A DNA stretch of 64,000 bases. It comes from Deltaproteobacteria bacterium. Its GTDB lineage: Bacteria; Desulfobacterota; Desulfobacteria; Desulfobacterales; JAFDMD01. Made by a program: the position numbers and the translations under genes. The stretch is from assembly GCA_019306065.1 (NCBI GenBank), contig JAFDMF010000008.1, positions 26,430-90,429 of the forward strand. Reading direction: 5' to 3'. This document shows positions 17,139-26,147 of this stretch, piece after piece (positions within the stretch are counted from its first letter, which is position 1; every line of letters begins with the position of its first letter). The notes beneath the pieces were generated by a model, which had not been told where the DNA came from, ran no database searches, and worked only from the letters and a program-made list of their open reading frames with translations.

Positions 17139-18953
17139 ATGCTTGAAAACTATAAAGTAGCGTCTCCGGAAAAAACAATTAACAATATAAGAAATATTTT
17201 ATTTGACTATGAAATATTTACAATCGAAAGTTGGATAAGAGATGAGTTTTTACCGAAATCGGTCAGAATAGAAACAATTGATTTGCCAATAGGCACTAAC
17301 GGAAAAGGTATAAATGAAAAATATGCGTTAGCTTCCGCTTATGCGGAATTTATGGAACGTATTCAAAATTTAATTCTGCTTGACGGGCAGTTTAGCGGAA
17401 TAAAAAAGGATATTGCTATTAGGCACACTGATTATATTGATTTTGATTATAATAAATTCAAACAAGAAAATCAGGATATATTAAAAGAGTTAATTTTTTT
17501 TAAAGATATATCTGAGATTGATTCGATTGTAACTGGATTTTCTAATAAACTATATTCATACCCCTTTTTAAATATTAAAACCGGAAAAACGGAATTTTTG
17601 CCGAAGCTTTTTATGCGAATGTCTGTCGGTTCTAATGGTATGTGTGCAGGAAATTCTCCGGCAGAAGCTTTAATTCAAGGTATTTGTGAAATTTTTGAGC
17701 GTTATGCCTTAAAAAAAATTTATAAAACTTCTTATGTTTCTCTACCTTCGGTTCCGGACTCTTATCTTAAAAGATTAACACAATGGAAATACTTTAAGTT
17801 TTTCAGATCAAAAGGATATGAGATTTATGTAAAAGATTGTTCTTTCGGCGGAAAAATACCGGTTGCAGGAGTATTAATAAAAAAAGGAGATAAGGCGTTA
17901 TTTAATTTAGGCTCTTCTCCGAGTTTTTCAATTGCTATAGAAAGATGTATTGACGAGCTTATGCAGGGTGTATTTTACGGAGAGTTAGATAATAGATTAC
18001 AGCCTATTACAACATTAGATCAAGAAATGCCGAATAGAACTTTTTCTACAAAAGAAAAACGAATCGATTTTCAGTATTATACTCAACTGTCATGCGGACA
18101 AGCTATTATTCCGCCATCTGTTTTTGATAATTCGGAACAATTCAATCCTACTTATCTTTTTGAAGCAACAGAAGTTACAAGTAACAAATGCTTAAAAAGT
18201 TTAATTGATATAGTAATTAAATTGGGCTTTACGCCTTATATAAGAGATGTTTCATTTTTAGAATTTTGTGCATACCATGTATATATACCCGGCATGTCCG
18301 AAATAATGCAGCTTAATTGCGATAGAATAAAACTGTTTCATTATGATATTCCAAAAGCAACCGAAATATTTTATAATATAAATTCCGCCGGTAATGAAGA
18401 AATAAATTTTTTAATCAATATAATAAAGGAATTAAATGATAATCCGATTGTCCAAAAGGAGAATATATTAAAGTTTATTTATAACCTTAATTTTAAACAA
18501 GAGGTGAGTTTAAGCGGTATTGAGCCAGAAAATTTATTACCCATTCTTTTTTATAAAATCAAAGATTATAAAGCGGCTTATGATACATTGGAAAAATATC
18601 TTAAAAATAAACTCGGCATTGATAACTACTACAATCCCCCCAAGTATTCCGAAAATCATTTTTGCTTACTAAAATTTTTCTTTTATTTAAAAGAAGGAGA
18701 ACAGCTTAATAATGCAAAAAAGAAGGTAAGCGCCCAATATAATGAATCAATAGTAAATGAAATTTTTGAATTATTAAATAAACCCAATTTTTTATCCGAA
18801 TATTTGGATATACCTAATTGCGGCGATTGTAATAACTGTAAATATAAAAAAGTATGCTGCTTTGAAAACCTTGCAACGTTGAAAAAACAATTAAAAAATA
18901 AAATGGAAAAATATACTTTTGACCAGTCTCATTTAAAAAATATTATAAAATAG
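17139..18953 (+). CDS. YcaO-family ATP-dependent peptide backbone-modifying enzyme with a C-terminal Cys-rich extension
   Basis: GTNGKGINEKYALASAYAEFMERIQN and GSNGMCAGNSPAEALIQGICEIFERY are YcaO signatures. The C-terminal tail carries CGDCNNCKYKKVCC (nt 18819-18860). Confidence 0.85.
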   Translation: MLENYKVASPEKTINNIRNILFDYEIFTIESWIRDEFLPKSVRIETIDLPIGTNGKGINEKYALASAYAEFMERIQNLILLDGQFSGIKKDIAIRHTDYIDFDYNKFKQENQDILKELIFFKDISEIDSIVTGFSNKLYSYPFLNIKTGKTEFLPKLFMRMSVGSNGMCAGNSPAEALIQGICEIFERYALKKIYKTSYVSLPSVPDSYLKRLTQWKYFKFFRSKGYEIYVKDCSFGGKIPVAGVLIKKGDKALFNLGSSPSFSIAIERCIDELMQGVFYGELDNRLQPITTLDQEMPNRTFSTKEKRIDFQYYTQLSCGQAIIPPSVFDNSEQFNPTYLFEATEVTSNKCLKSLIDIVIKLGFTPYIRDVSFLEFCAYHVYIPGMSEIMQLNCDRIKLFHYDIPKATEIFYNINSAGNEEINFLINIIKELNDNPIVQKENILKFIYNLNFKQEVSLSGIEPENLLPILFYKIKDYKAAYDTLEKYLKNKLGIDNYYNPPKYSENHFCLLKFFFYLKEGEQLNNAKKKVSAQYNESIVNEIFELLNKPNFLSEYLDIPNCGDCNNCKYKKVCCFENLATLKKQLKNKMEKYTFDQSHLKNIIK

Positions 18954-19033
18954 CATATTCCACATAAAATAACCTGCATAAAATCGAAAAATAAGACTAA
19001 CAAAGCAAACCTATTGATTAACTGAAATAGAAA

Positions 19034-20950
19034 ATGAAAATTTTAGATAAAGTATTATCAAACGCAGACGGTTTATTAATTATTCCGCCATTTGGTTTTT
19101 TAAATATACCGAATTTAAGCATTCATTTACTTAAAGATTATGCAAAAAAAGCCGGATACAATTTTGACATATTATATTTAAACCTATTATTAGCAAATGA
19201 AATCGGCGAATATGATTATTTATACTTATCAAAATTTTCTAACAAATTTACTGCCGAAAGATTGTTTGCAAGAGTTGCTTATAATGATTTGGTTTGTCAA
19301 AATAAAGGTAATAATGATTTGGTATCGTTTCAAAATCATATATATGAAAAATTAAAAAACGAAGATATTAAATATGAATTTGTTGATACAAATAAAATAA
19401 TTGAATTTGAAAGCAAAATTGATAAATGGATAGATAATATTATAAATAAAATTTCGGAATATAACTATAAAATTGTAGGATGCACCACTACCTTTGAGCA
19501 AACCTCCGCTTCCATAGCCTTTTTAAATGCAATAAAAAAGAAAAATAACAACATAATAACAATACTTGGCGGAGCTAATTGCGAAGGGGAAATGGCAGAG
19601 GGAATTTTTCAATTATCTTCTTATATTGATTATATATTTTCCGGAGAAAGCGAAATAACCTTTTTAGAATTTTTAAAAAATTTTTATAACGAAAAGCTTC
19701 CTAATCAAAAAATAATAAAAGGGCTTCCGTTAAAAGACCTCGATGAATTACCTGCCCTTGATTATTCCGAATATTTTCGACAACTACAAATTTTTATTCC
19801 AAAAGCAGAATTTAAAAAAAATAATCCTATAATGCTGCCGTATGAAACAAATCGAGGATGTTGGAAAGGAGAAAAACAGAAATGTTTATTTTGCGGCTTA
19901 AACGGAGAAAATATTAAATTCAGATATAAATCCCATAATATAGCGCTTAATGAATTAAAAATTCTTTTAAAAAAGAACCCGATAAGACGCGTATTTATGA
20001 TCGGGAATATAATGCCTAATCAGTATTTTGAATCCTTATTACCGAATTTGGCTGATAATCTGCCGGATTTAAAAATATTTTCCGAAGTAAGATCCAATTT
20101 ATCTTTGGAAAAGTTAATATTAGTAAAAAAAGCAGGATTTACAAGACTTCAGGCAGGCATAGAATCTTTATCTACAGGGCTGTTAAAAAAAATGAGAAAA
20201 GGAGTTTCGGCAGTTCAAAATATTCGATTTTTAAAACATGCAAAAATATTAAATATATCTGTTGATTGGAACATGTTATATGCTTTTCCTAATGACTCCG
20301 AAAAAGATTATGCGGATATGTATAAAATTCTGCCCTTCATTTACCATTTAATACCTCCTGTATCTCAAACCCCTTTTGTAATACAAAGATTTAGTCCTTA
20401 TTTCGACTTTCCCGATAAGTTTAATATAAAAAATGTCATTCCTTTCCCTGTATATAAAGAATTTATACCTTCATCGGTTAATATTAACAAAACAGCTTAT
20501 AATTTTTTAGGGGAATTTAATACTGCTTGGAATAAAGAAACTACTCATTATTGGAAAACACTTGAAACAAACAATATATTAAAGTCAGACAATATTATTA
20601 GTAAAGTATTTAACGAAGTAACAGCTTGGCAAAAAGCTTGGGCAGATAAAGAACCGCCGAAACTTGAATTAAAATCAATAGGCGATAACCGATATATGCT
20701 TATTGACACCCGTAACATATCCGAAAATAAAGATATTCGGATAATAGATTTAAAAAAGGCTATAGCCGCTACAATTGATTTTTCCAAAACTTCAAAAGAA
20801 AAAAATCTATTTAAAAATGAAACGGAATGGGCAATTAAACGAAAACTGATTTTAAAAGTAGATAGATCATTTATCTCTATAGTTACTACTAACATTGAAA
20901 CTTTTAAGCAATTACAATGTGAATTGAACAATTTTATAAAAAACGATTAA
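19034..20950 (+). CDS. B12-binding-domain radical SAM enzyme (RiPP-maturation C-methyltransferase-like, rSAM_ocin_1 type)
   Basis: N-terminal LLIIPPFGFLNIPNLSIHLLKDYAKKAGYNFDILYLN... Cluster motif ETNRGCWKGEKQKCLFCGLNG (Cx7CxxC variant typical of this family). Confidence 0.85.
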   Translation: MKILDKVLSNADGLLIIPPFGFLNIPNLSIHLLKDYAKKAGYNFDILYLNLLLANEIGEYDYLYLSKFSNKFTAERLFARVAYNDLVCQNKGNNDLVSFQNHIYEKLKNEDIKYEFVDTNKIIEFESKIDKWIDNIINKISEYNYKIVGCTTTFEQTSASIAFLNAIKKKNNNIITILGGANCEGEMAEGIFQLSSYIDYIFSGESEITFLEFLKNFYNEKLPNQKIIKGLPLKDLDELPALDYSEYFRQLQIFIPKAEFKKNNPIMLPYETNRGCWKGEKQKCLFCGLNGENIKFRYKSHNIALNELKILLKKNPIRRVFMIGNIMPNQYFESLLPNLADNLPDLKIFSEVRSNLSLEKLILVKKAGFTRLQAGIESLSTGLLKKMRKGVSAVQNIRFLKHAKILNISVDWNMLYAFPNDSEKDYADMYKILPFIYHLIPPVSQTPFVIQRFSPYFDFPDKFNIKNVIPFPVYKEFIPSSVNINKTAYNFLGEFNTAWNKETTHYWKTLETNNILKSDNIISKVFNEVTAWQKAWADKEPPKLELKSIGDNRYMLIDTRNISENKDIRIIDLKKAIAATIDFSKTSKEKNLFKNETEWAIKRKLILKVDRSFISIVTTNIETFKQLQCELNNFIKND

Positions 20951-20952
20951 TT

Positions 20953-21633
20953 ATGGAATATGCCTATATAATAATTATGCTTCTTACAGGCCTATCCCTT
21001 CTAATTCATGAAATCGGACATTTGGTTGCCGCAAAATTTTTTGATATAAAAGTCAAACTACTTTCAATCGGAATAGGATCTCTTCTAACCTGTTATAATT
21101 ATAAAGATATAAAAGTTAAAATCTGCGCTTTTCCCGTAATGTTTTATCTAACCCTTAACTATAATCCCAATTCATATTTCAATATACCATTATATAAAAG
21201 AGTATTATTTTCTATTTGCGGAAGCTTGGCAAACCTACTTTTTTTAATACTCATATATATATTTTGTATTGCAATAAACAAAAATTTTTTAATAAGCGAA
21301 TATTATAAAATCCATTCTTTAATACATGACATCAATCATATACCCGGAATACTTTATTTAATAAACGGTTATGCAAAATTAATTTATCAAAACTTTTACA
21401 GTTGTATATCTTTTCTTTTTATCATTAATGTAATAATAACGGTAGTTAATCTATTTCCTATTATTGAACATGACGGCGGTAAAATCATATTCAACATATT
21501 AAATCAAAAAAAGCCGAATATACTAAAGTATTATGTGGCATTTTCAAAAATATTAAAATTTTCTATCGGAAGCCTTGTAATCTATTTTACTACAATCGAT
21601 ATTTGGCGGCTTTTTATAAAACTTATTAAATAA
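20953..21633 (+). CDS. Site-2-protease-like M50 family intramembrane metalloprotease
   Basis: HEIGH at residues 19-23 inside the first TM helix. Second motif NLFPIIEHDGG. Polytopic membrane protein. Starts 2 nt after the rSAM stop. Confidence 0.75.
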   Translation: MEYAYIIIMLLTGLSLLIHEIGHLVAAKFFDIKVKLLSIGIGSLLTCYNYKDIKVKICAFPVMFYLTLNYNPNSYFNIPLYKRVLFSICGSLANLLFLILIYIFCIAINKNFLISEYYKIHSLIHDINHIPGILYLINGYAKLIYQNFYSCISFLFIINVIITVVNLFPIIEHDGGKIIFNILNQKKPNILKYYVAFSKILKFSIGSLVIYFTTIDIWRLFIKLIK

Positions 21634-21651
21634 CTTTTTAGGAATACCCCT

Positions 21652-22854
21652 ATGAAATCGGTTTATAAAAGAAAGCTATCTCCTTATGAAAGATTTTTTC
21701 TCGCAAAAATAGACGATAAACAATTTTTCAGCAATCAAGGAATAATAGAAGGCGAGGGCGTTTTAGATAAAAAATTATGGGAAAAAGCGGTTGAAAAAGC
21801 TTCCGCTGCAAATCCGGGATCAAGAGTAACATTACGCGGAAAACTAATGACAAGCCAATGGGTTGATACTAAAAAAACGCCGAGAATAAGAGAAATTGAA
21901 GATACAAAATGGGACGGTTTAAATTCTAACAACATACCGTATCTTCCGGATAAATTATGCCCCCTAAACGGTCCGGTATGTGAGGTTATATTAATTTACG
22001 GAAAACAAAAACGAGTTATTATAAATTCTTTACATTCCGTTATGGACGGAAAAGCCACTATAGCATGGGCATTAGATATTTTTCGAGCATTACGAGGAGA
22101 ACAGCCTATCGGTTCCAATTCAAAATTAACGGATATAGAATTATCCAAAACTTTTACCAATAAAAGCTTATCTGCAATATCAAATAAATATATTGCCCCT
22201 ACCGGAAAACCGGATACTTATGAAAAAGGGGCAATATGGATTAGAAAAACCGTAAAAGGATTTATAAATAAAGCTATACCTCGAATTAGTATTATACTTA
22301 CAAAAGAGGCATCAAAACTTTCAAACGGTAAATTTTGTATTATGATACCTGTAGATTTAAGACGTAGAAACAAAAAAATAACTTCAGTCGGCAATCTAAC
22401 CGGCAACCTATTTATTGAAATTGATAAAAATTCTACAGTTAATGACATACAAAAAAAAATTATCTATCAATTAAAAAATTATTACGAATGTATGCTTCCC
22501 AAACATATTAATATTGTTAAATACATTCCGATTAAACTTTTACATTCAAGCTTAAAAAAAGTAGCCAAGCAAAAAAATAAAACAGGTTTATTTACATATT
22601 CCGGCATTATAACCCATCTCGGCAGACTTCATGTTAATGCCTTTAGCGGAGGAGGATTTATAGGCAAAACATGGTATAGCTGCAATTCAATGTCCGGCGA
22701 TGATTTGCCGCCTCTATTTATATCAATTTCCGAGACCGAATCATTTAATAATCATACAAATATTCTTATAGGTATATCAAAACCTTTGGCTTCAAAAGGC
22801 AGATTGGAAAAAATTGTTAATTCTATTATTAATGAAATAGATGTATTCCCATAA
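21652..22854 (+). CDS. Stand-alone condensation-domain-like acyltransferase (HxxxDG)
   Basis: LSPYERFFL start, NPGSRVTLRG, and catalytic-type motif SLHSVMDGKATIAWALDIFRAL. About 400 aa, the size of a single C/PapA5-like domain. Confidence 0.6.
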   Translation: MKSVYKRKLSPYERFFLAKIDDKQFFSNQGIIEGEGVLDKKLWEKAVEKASAANPGSRVTLRGKLMTSQWVDTKKTPRIREIEDTKWDGLNSNNIPYLPDKLCPLNGPVCEVILIYGKQKRVIINSLHSVMDGKATIAWALDIFRALRGEQPIGSNSKLTDIELSKTFTNKSLSAISNKYIAPTGKPDTYEKGAIWIRKTVKGFINKAIPRISIILTKEASKLSNGKFCIMIPVDLRRRNKKITSVGNLTGNLFIEIDKNSTVNDIQKKIIYQLKNYYECMLPKHINIVKYIPIKLLHSSLKKVAKQKNKTGLFTYSGIITHLGRLHVNAFSGGGFIGKTWYSCNSMSGDDLPPLFISISETESFNNHTNILIGISKPLASKGRLEKIVNSIINEIDVFP

Positions 22855-22946
22855 TATAATAAAAACGAAACTAATAATAAAAGTAAAAAATTCAACATTT
22901 ATCTCAAAAAATATAAACTCTATAATGTTATGACGCTGTATCTTGA

Positions 22947-23747
22947 ATGACAAATAAAAACATAAAAAAAGCCGTAGAAGCGCTATCAATCAGTTATAAT
23001 TACAAAAGCTTCAACGCCGTAAAAAATATATCCTTTTATATAAATCAAGGAGAATTCTTTGTTATTGCAGGACCAAACGGATCAGGTAAAACAACTCTGG
23101 TTAAAATACTGGCAGGTATAATAAAAGCAAGCATAGGAGAAATCCGAATAACCGAAACTCCAATATCTGCATTTTCCGCAAAACAACTTGCCCGCTTTAT
23201 AGCCTTTGTTCCTCAGGAAATACCCATTTCCTTTCCGTTTAAAGCGGAAGAAATCGTTCTTATGGGAAGATACCCACATACAGGAATACTCGGAATAGAA
23301 AGCGCAGATGATATAAAAATAGCAAAAGAGGCTATGCGTTTTACAAGTACCGAAAAATTTGCCAAAAGAAGACTTGATCAGCTAAGCGGCGGAGAAAGAC
23401 AACGGCTTTTTATAGCAAGAGCAATAACCCAGCAGCCTAAAATAATAATATTAGATGAACCTACGGCATCTCTTGATCCCGCGCATCAAATCAGATTAAT
23501 GGAACTTTTAAAAAACTTAAAAACCAAACAAAATACAACCATAATAATGGTATCCCACGATCTTAATCTTGCCTCCATGTATGCGGAAAAAATATTATTA
23601 ATAAAAAACGGAGAAAAAAAAATCGTAGGCGTCCCTTCTCAAGCCCTTACAAAAGAGTTGCTTCAAGAAATCTACGAATGCGAAATATTTGTAGGAAAAA
23701 GCCCGGCAGGAAACTTTCCCGCAATACATCTTTTGCCTACCCGATAA
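22947..23747 (+). CDS. ABC transporter ATP-binding protein (iron-chelate/cobalamin uptake FepC/BtuD type), no adjacent permease
   Basis: Walker A GPNGSGKTT, signature LSGGERQR, Walker B IIILDEP. Confidence 0.9.
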   Translation: MTNKNIKKAVEALSISYNYKSFNAVKNISFYINQGEFFVIAGPNGSGKTTLVKILAGIIKASIGEIRITETPISAFSAKQLARFIAFVPQEIPISFPFKAEEIVLMGRYPHTGILGIESADDIKIAKEAMRFTSTEKFAKRRLDQLSGGERQRLFIARAITQQPKIIILDEPTASLDPAHQIRLMELLKNLKTKQNTTIIMVSHDLNLASMYAEKILLIKNGEKKIVGVPSQALTKELLQEIYECEIFVGKSPAGNFPAIHLLPTR

Positions 23748-23772
23748 ATAATTATAAAACAAATAAAAAAAC

Positions 23773-23802
23773 TTGAAAAAATATGTTATTAATATGTATA
23801 AT
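23773..23802 (+). promoter_or_regulatory. Promoter candidate TTGAAA-N18-TATAAT upstream of the cytosine methylase gene
   Basis: TTGAAA at 23773-23778 and TATAAT at 23797-23802, about 50 nt before ATG 23853. Confidence 0.4.
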
Positions 23803-23852
23803 AAAATTTCTATATAACGAATAAATAAAGCAAAAGGATAAATTTTTTTAAA

Positions 23853-24854
23853 ATGAATAAATTTACTTTTATAGACTTATTCGCGGGAATCGGAGGCTTT
23901 CATATCGCCGCAAAATCATTAGGCGGCAAATGCATCTTTGCCAGCGAAATCGATGCCCAAGCAAAAAAAGCCTATGAAGCGAATTACGGAATAAAAGTAA
24001 GCGGAGATATAACAAAAATAAAAGCGCAGGATATTCCCGATCATGATATGCTTTACGCGGGTTTCCCTTGTCAGCCGTTTAGTATTATAGGCAACAGATT
24101 AGGCTTTGAAGACATTAGGGGGACTCTTTTTTTTGAAATTATAAGAATATTAAAAAAAAAAACCCCGCCGTCATTTATTTTAGAAAACGTTAAACAGTTA
24201 GCGACTCATAATAAAAAACAAACTATTAATAAAATTATAGAATCGTTGGAATCACTCGGATATAAAGTTGTCTATCGGGTTCTTAACGCTCTTAATTACG
24301 GGCTTCCTCAAAAAAGAGAAAGGGTTGTCATAGTCGGTTTTATAGATAAATCCGCAGAGTTTAAATGGCCTCCCCCCCCCCCCAAATACATTCCTCTTTC
24401 CGAAATAATCGAAAATAAAGCGGACAAAAAACATTACGCCAGCGATAAAATTTGCGAAAAAAGACTCAGTAAACACAAAAGCGAATACAAATTGGCTATT
24501 TGGCATGAAAATAAAGGAGGCAACGTTACAAGCTATCCTTACTCATGCGCGTTGCGCGCGGGAGCCTCATATAATTATTTACTCGTCAATGGAGAGCGTA
24601 GACTCTCGCCGCGCGAAATGCTAAGATTGCAGGGTTTTCCCGAAACATTTAAAATTGTCTGTTCGGATTCCCAAACCAGAAAACAGGTCGGCAACGCCGT
24701 TCCCGTAACGATGATTAAAGCCGTAATTAAAGAGGTTATACATGCGACGTCCAAGATTGAGAGACGAAAAAGAAAGAACAGGAAGCGAGTTATATCCGCT
24801 CGGAGAATTTCCGAAGAAAGTAATATACGCAATCAGCCGCAGACTCATATATAA
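23853..24854 (+). CDS. dcm: DNA (cytosine-5)-methyltransferase
   Basis: Motif I FIDLFAGIGGF, motif IV GFPCQPFS, motif VI ENV, QRER, motif X QVGNAVPV. The basic tail after motif X overlaps the next gene. Confidence 0.93.
   Translation: MNKFTFIDLFAGIGGFHIAAKSLGGKCIFASEIDAQAKKAYEANYGIKVSGDITKIKAQDIPDHDMLYAGFPCQPFSIIGNRLGFEDIRGTLFFEIIRILKKKTPPSFILENVKQLATHNKKQTINKIIESLESLGYKVVYRVLNALNYGLPQKRERVVIVGFIDKSAEFKWPPPPPKYIPLSEIIENKADKKHYASDKICEKRLSKHKSEYKLAIWHENKGGNVTSYPYSCALRAGASYNYLLVNGERRLSPREMLRLQGFPETFKIVCSDSQTRKQVGNAVPVTMIKAVIKEVIHATSKIERRKRKNRKRVISARRISEESNIRNQPQTHI
24372..24383 (+). repeat. C12 homopolymer inside the methyltransferase coding sequence (encodes part of WPPPPPK)
   Basis: Read directly: ggcct-cccccccccccc-aaatac. 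An A11 run also occurs at 24153-24163 in the same gene. Confidence 0.95.
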
Positions 24855-25479
24855 TTTTGCTATAGGCAAGCCGGACATCAGCGGCGAAGATTGGGGCAAT
24901 ATTTTTGCAAAGTCTATAAACGGCGAACATCTATCTCGTCCTTTGGGGTTAGCCGACGTAGTTTTTAAAAAACAGGCATGGTCAGTTAAAAGCGTTAAAA
25001 GCGCCAAACCTCATTCCTGTAAAAAAATCAGAATAATATCCGGTAGAAATTCTCCCGATTATTCTTATGGCATTAGCGCCCCCCGCAAAAATCCGGAAGA
25101 AACCGGAAAAGCGATAATTAATATATGGAACGAACGCGTTAATATCGCTTTGGATAAATACGATTATATTAGAACCGTAATGCTTATAAGGAACATGAAA
25201 ACGCTTGAGTTTACGCTTTTTGAAACCGAAACTAATAAATTTGTTCCCGGCGAATACGAGTGGAAGATAAATAAAAAAAACAATTTGGAAGGAATCAATA
25301 AAGTTAATAAAGAGCATAAGTTTACATGGCAGCCGAGCGGAGGGCAGTTTACAATTATATACTCTTATATACCGGCTTCGGCTGTTCGATTTCGTATAAA
25401 AAAACCGCTCCTTTTAGATTTTGAAAAAATTATAGAAAAGATCGGTTTTCAAAAAAATTGGGTTACAATTAAAGAGTAG
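24742..25479 (+). CDS. Putative Type II restriction endonuclease partner of the cytosine methylase
   Basis: Located between dcm and vsr. Possible PD-(D/E)xK-like element GLADVV...WSVKSVK. No family assignment is possible by eye. Overlaps the dcm 3' end by 113 nt. Confidence 0.5.
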   Translation: MRRPRLRDEKERTGSELYPLGEFPKKVIYAISRRLIYNFAIGKPDISGEDWGNIFAKSINGEHLSRPLGLADVVFKKQAWSVKSVKSAKPHSCKKIRIISGRNSPDYSYGISAPRKNPEETGKAIINIWNERVNIALDKYDYIRTVMLIRNMKTLEFTLFETETNKFVPGEYEWKINKKNNLEGINKVNKEHKFTWQPSGGQFTIIYSYIPASAVRFRIKKPLLLDFEKIIEKIGFQKNWVTIKE

Positions 25480-25485
25480 TAAATT

Positions 25486-25896
25486 ATGGACGTTTTTTCA
25501 AAAGCGGAACGCTCAAAAGTAATGAGAGCCGTAAAATCAAATAAAAACAAATCTACCGAATTAAAATTAATAGAGATTTTTCGGAAATATGAATTAAAAG
25601 GATGGAGACGAAATTATAAAGTATTCGGCAAACCCGATTTTGTTTTTCATAAATACAAAATTGCGGTTTTCGTTGACGGCTGTTTTTGGCATGGGCATGA
25701 CTGTAGAAACACAAAGCCCGCTTCCAACAAAGATTACTGGGATAAAAAAATTGATAGAAATATAGCGAGGGATAAAAAGGTAAATTCTCATCTGACAGAT
25801 TTAGGTTGGAAAGTCATAAGAATCTGGGAATGCGAATTAATAAAAAAGCCTTCAGATGCGGCGGATAAAATCAAAAAAACCGCCCATTCTTCATAG
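25486..25896 (+). CDS. vsr: Very-short-patch repair endonuclease
   Basis: RSKVMRAVKSNKNKSTELKL..., GKPDFVF, VFVDGCFWHGH and IRIWECE are canonical Vsr motifs. Confidence 0.93.
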   Translation: MDVFSKAERSKVMRAVKSNKNKSTELKLIEIFRKYELKGWRRNYKVFGKPDFVFHKYKIAVFVDGCFWHGHDCRNTKPASNKDYWDKKIDRNIARDKKVNSHLTDLGWKVIRIWECELIKKPSDAADKIKKTAHSS

Positions 25897-26037
25897 CTCT
25901 TTTATTAATTTATTGAAGATTATCGCGCCGATAAAAAATAAAAACCTATTGACACAAACCGATAATTTCGGTTATCTTTGCCATCGGAATTTATATAAAA
26001 ACATTTACGAATTGGATATAAACAAAAAAAACTTTTT

Positions 26038-26121
26038 ATGAACGCTTACACATTAACAAAAAATAAACCAAAAAACTGGCGTTGGCAGGCTTACAAACCA
26101 AAGCTTGCTGACGGCGTATAA
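26038..26121 (+). promoter_or_regulatory. Candidate trp leader peptide ORF (27 codons, W-R-W)
   Basis: MNAYTLTKNKPKNWRWQAYKPKLADGV with Trp codons at 26077-26079 and 26083-26085. A 9-bp hairpin lies at 26084-26092/26101-26109. No obvious Shine-Dalgarno. Confidence 0.35.
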
Positions 26122-26147
26122 ATATTTTTAGATAATAATTAAAAAAA

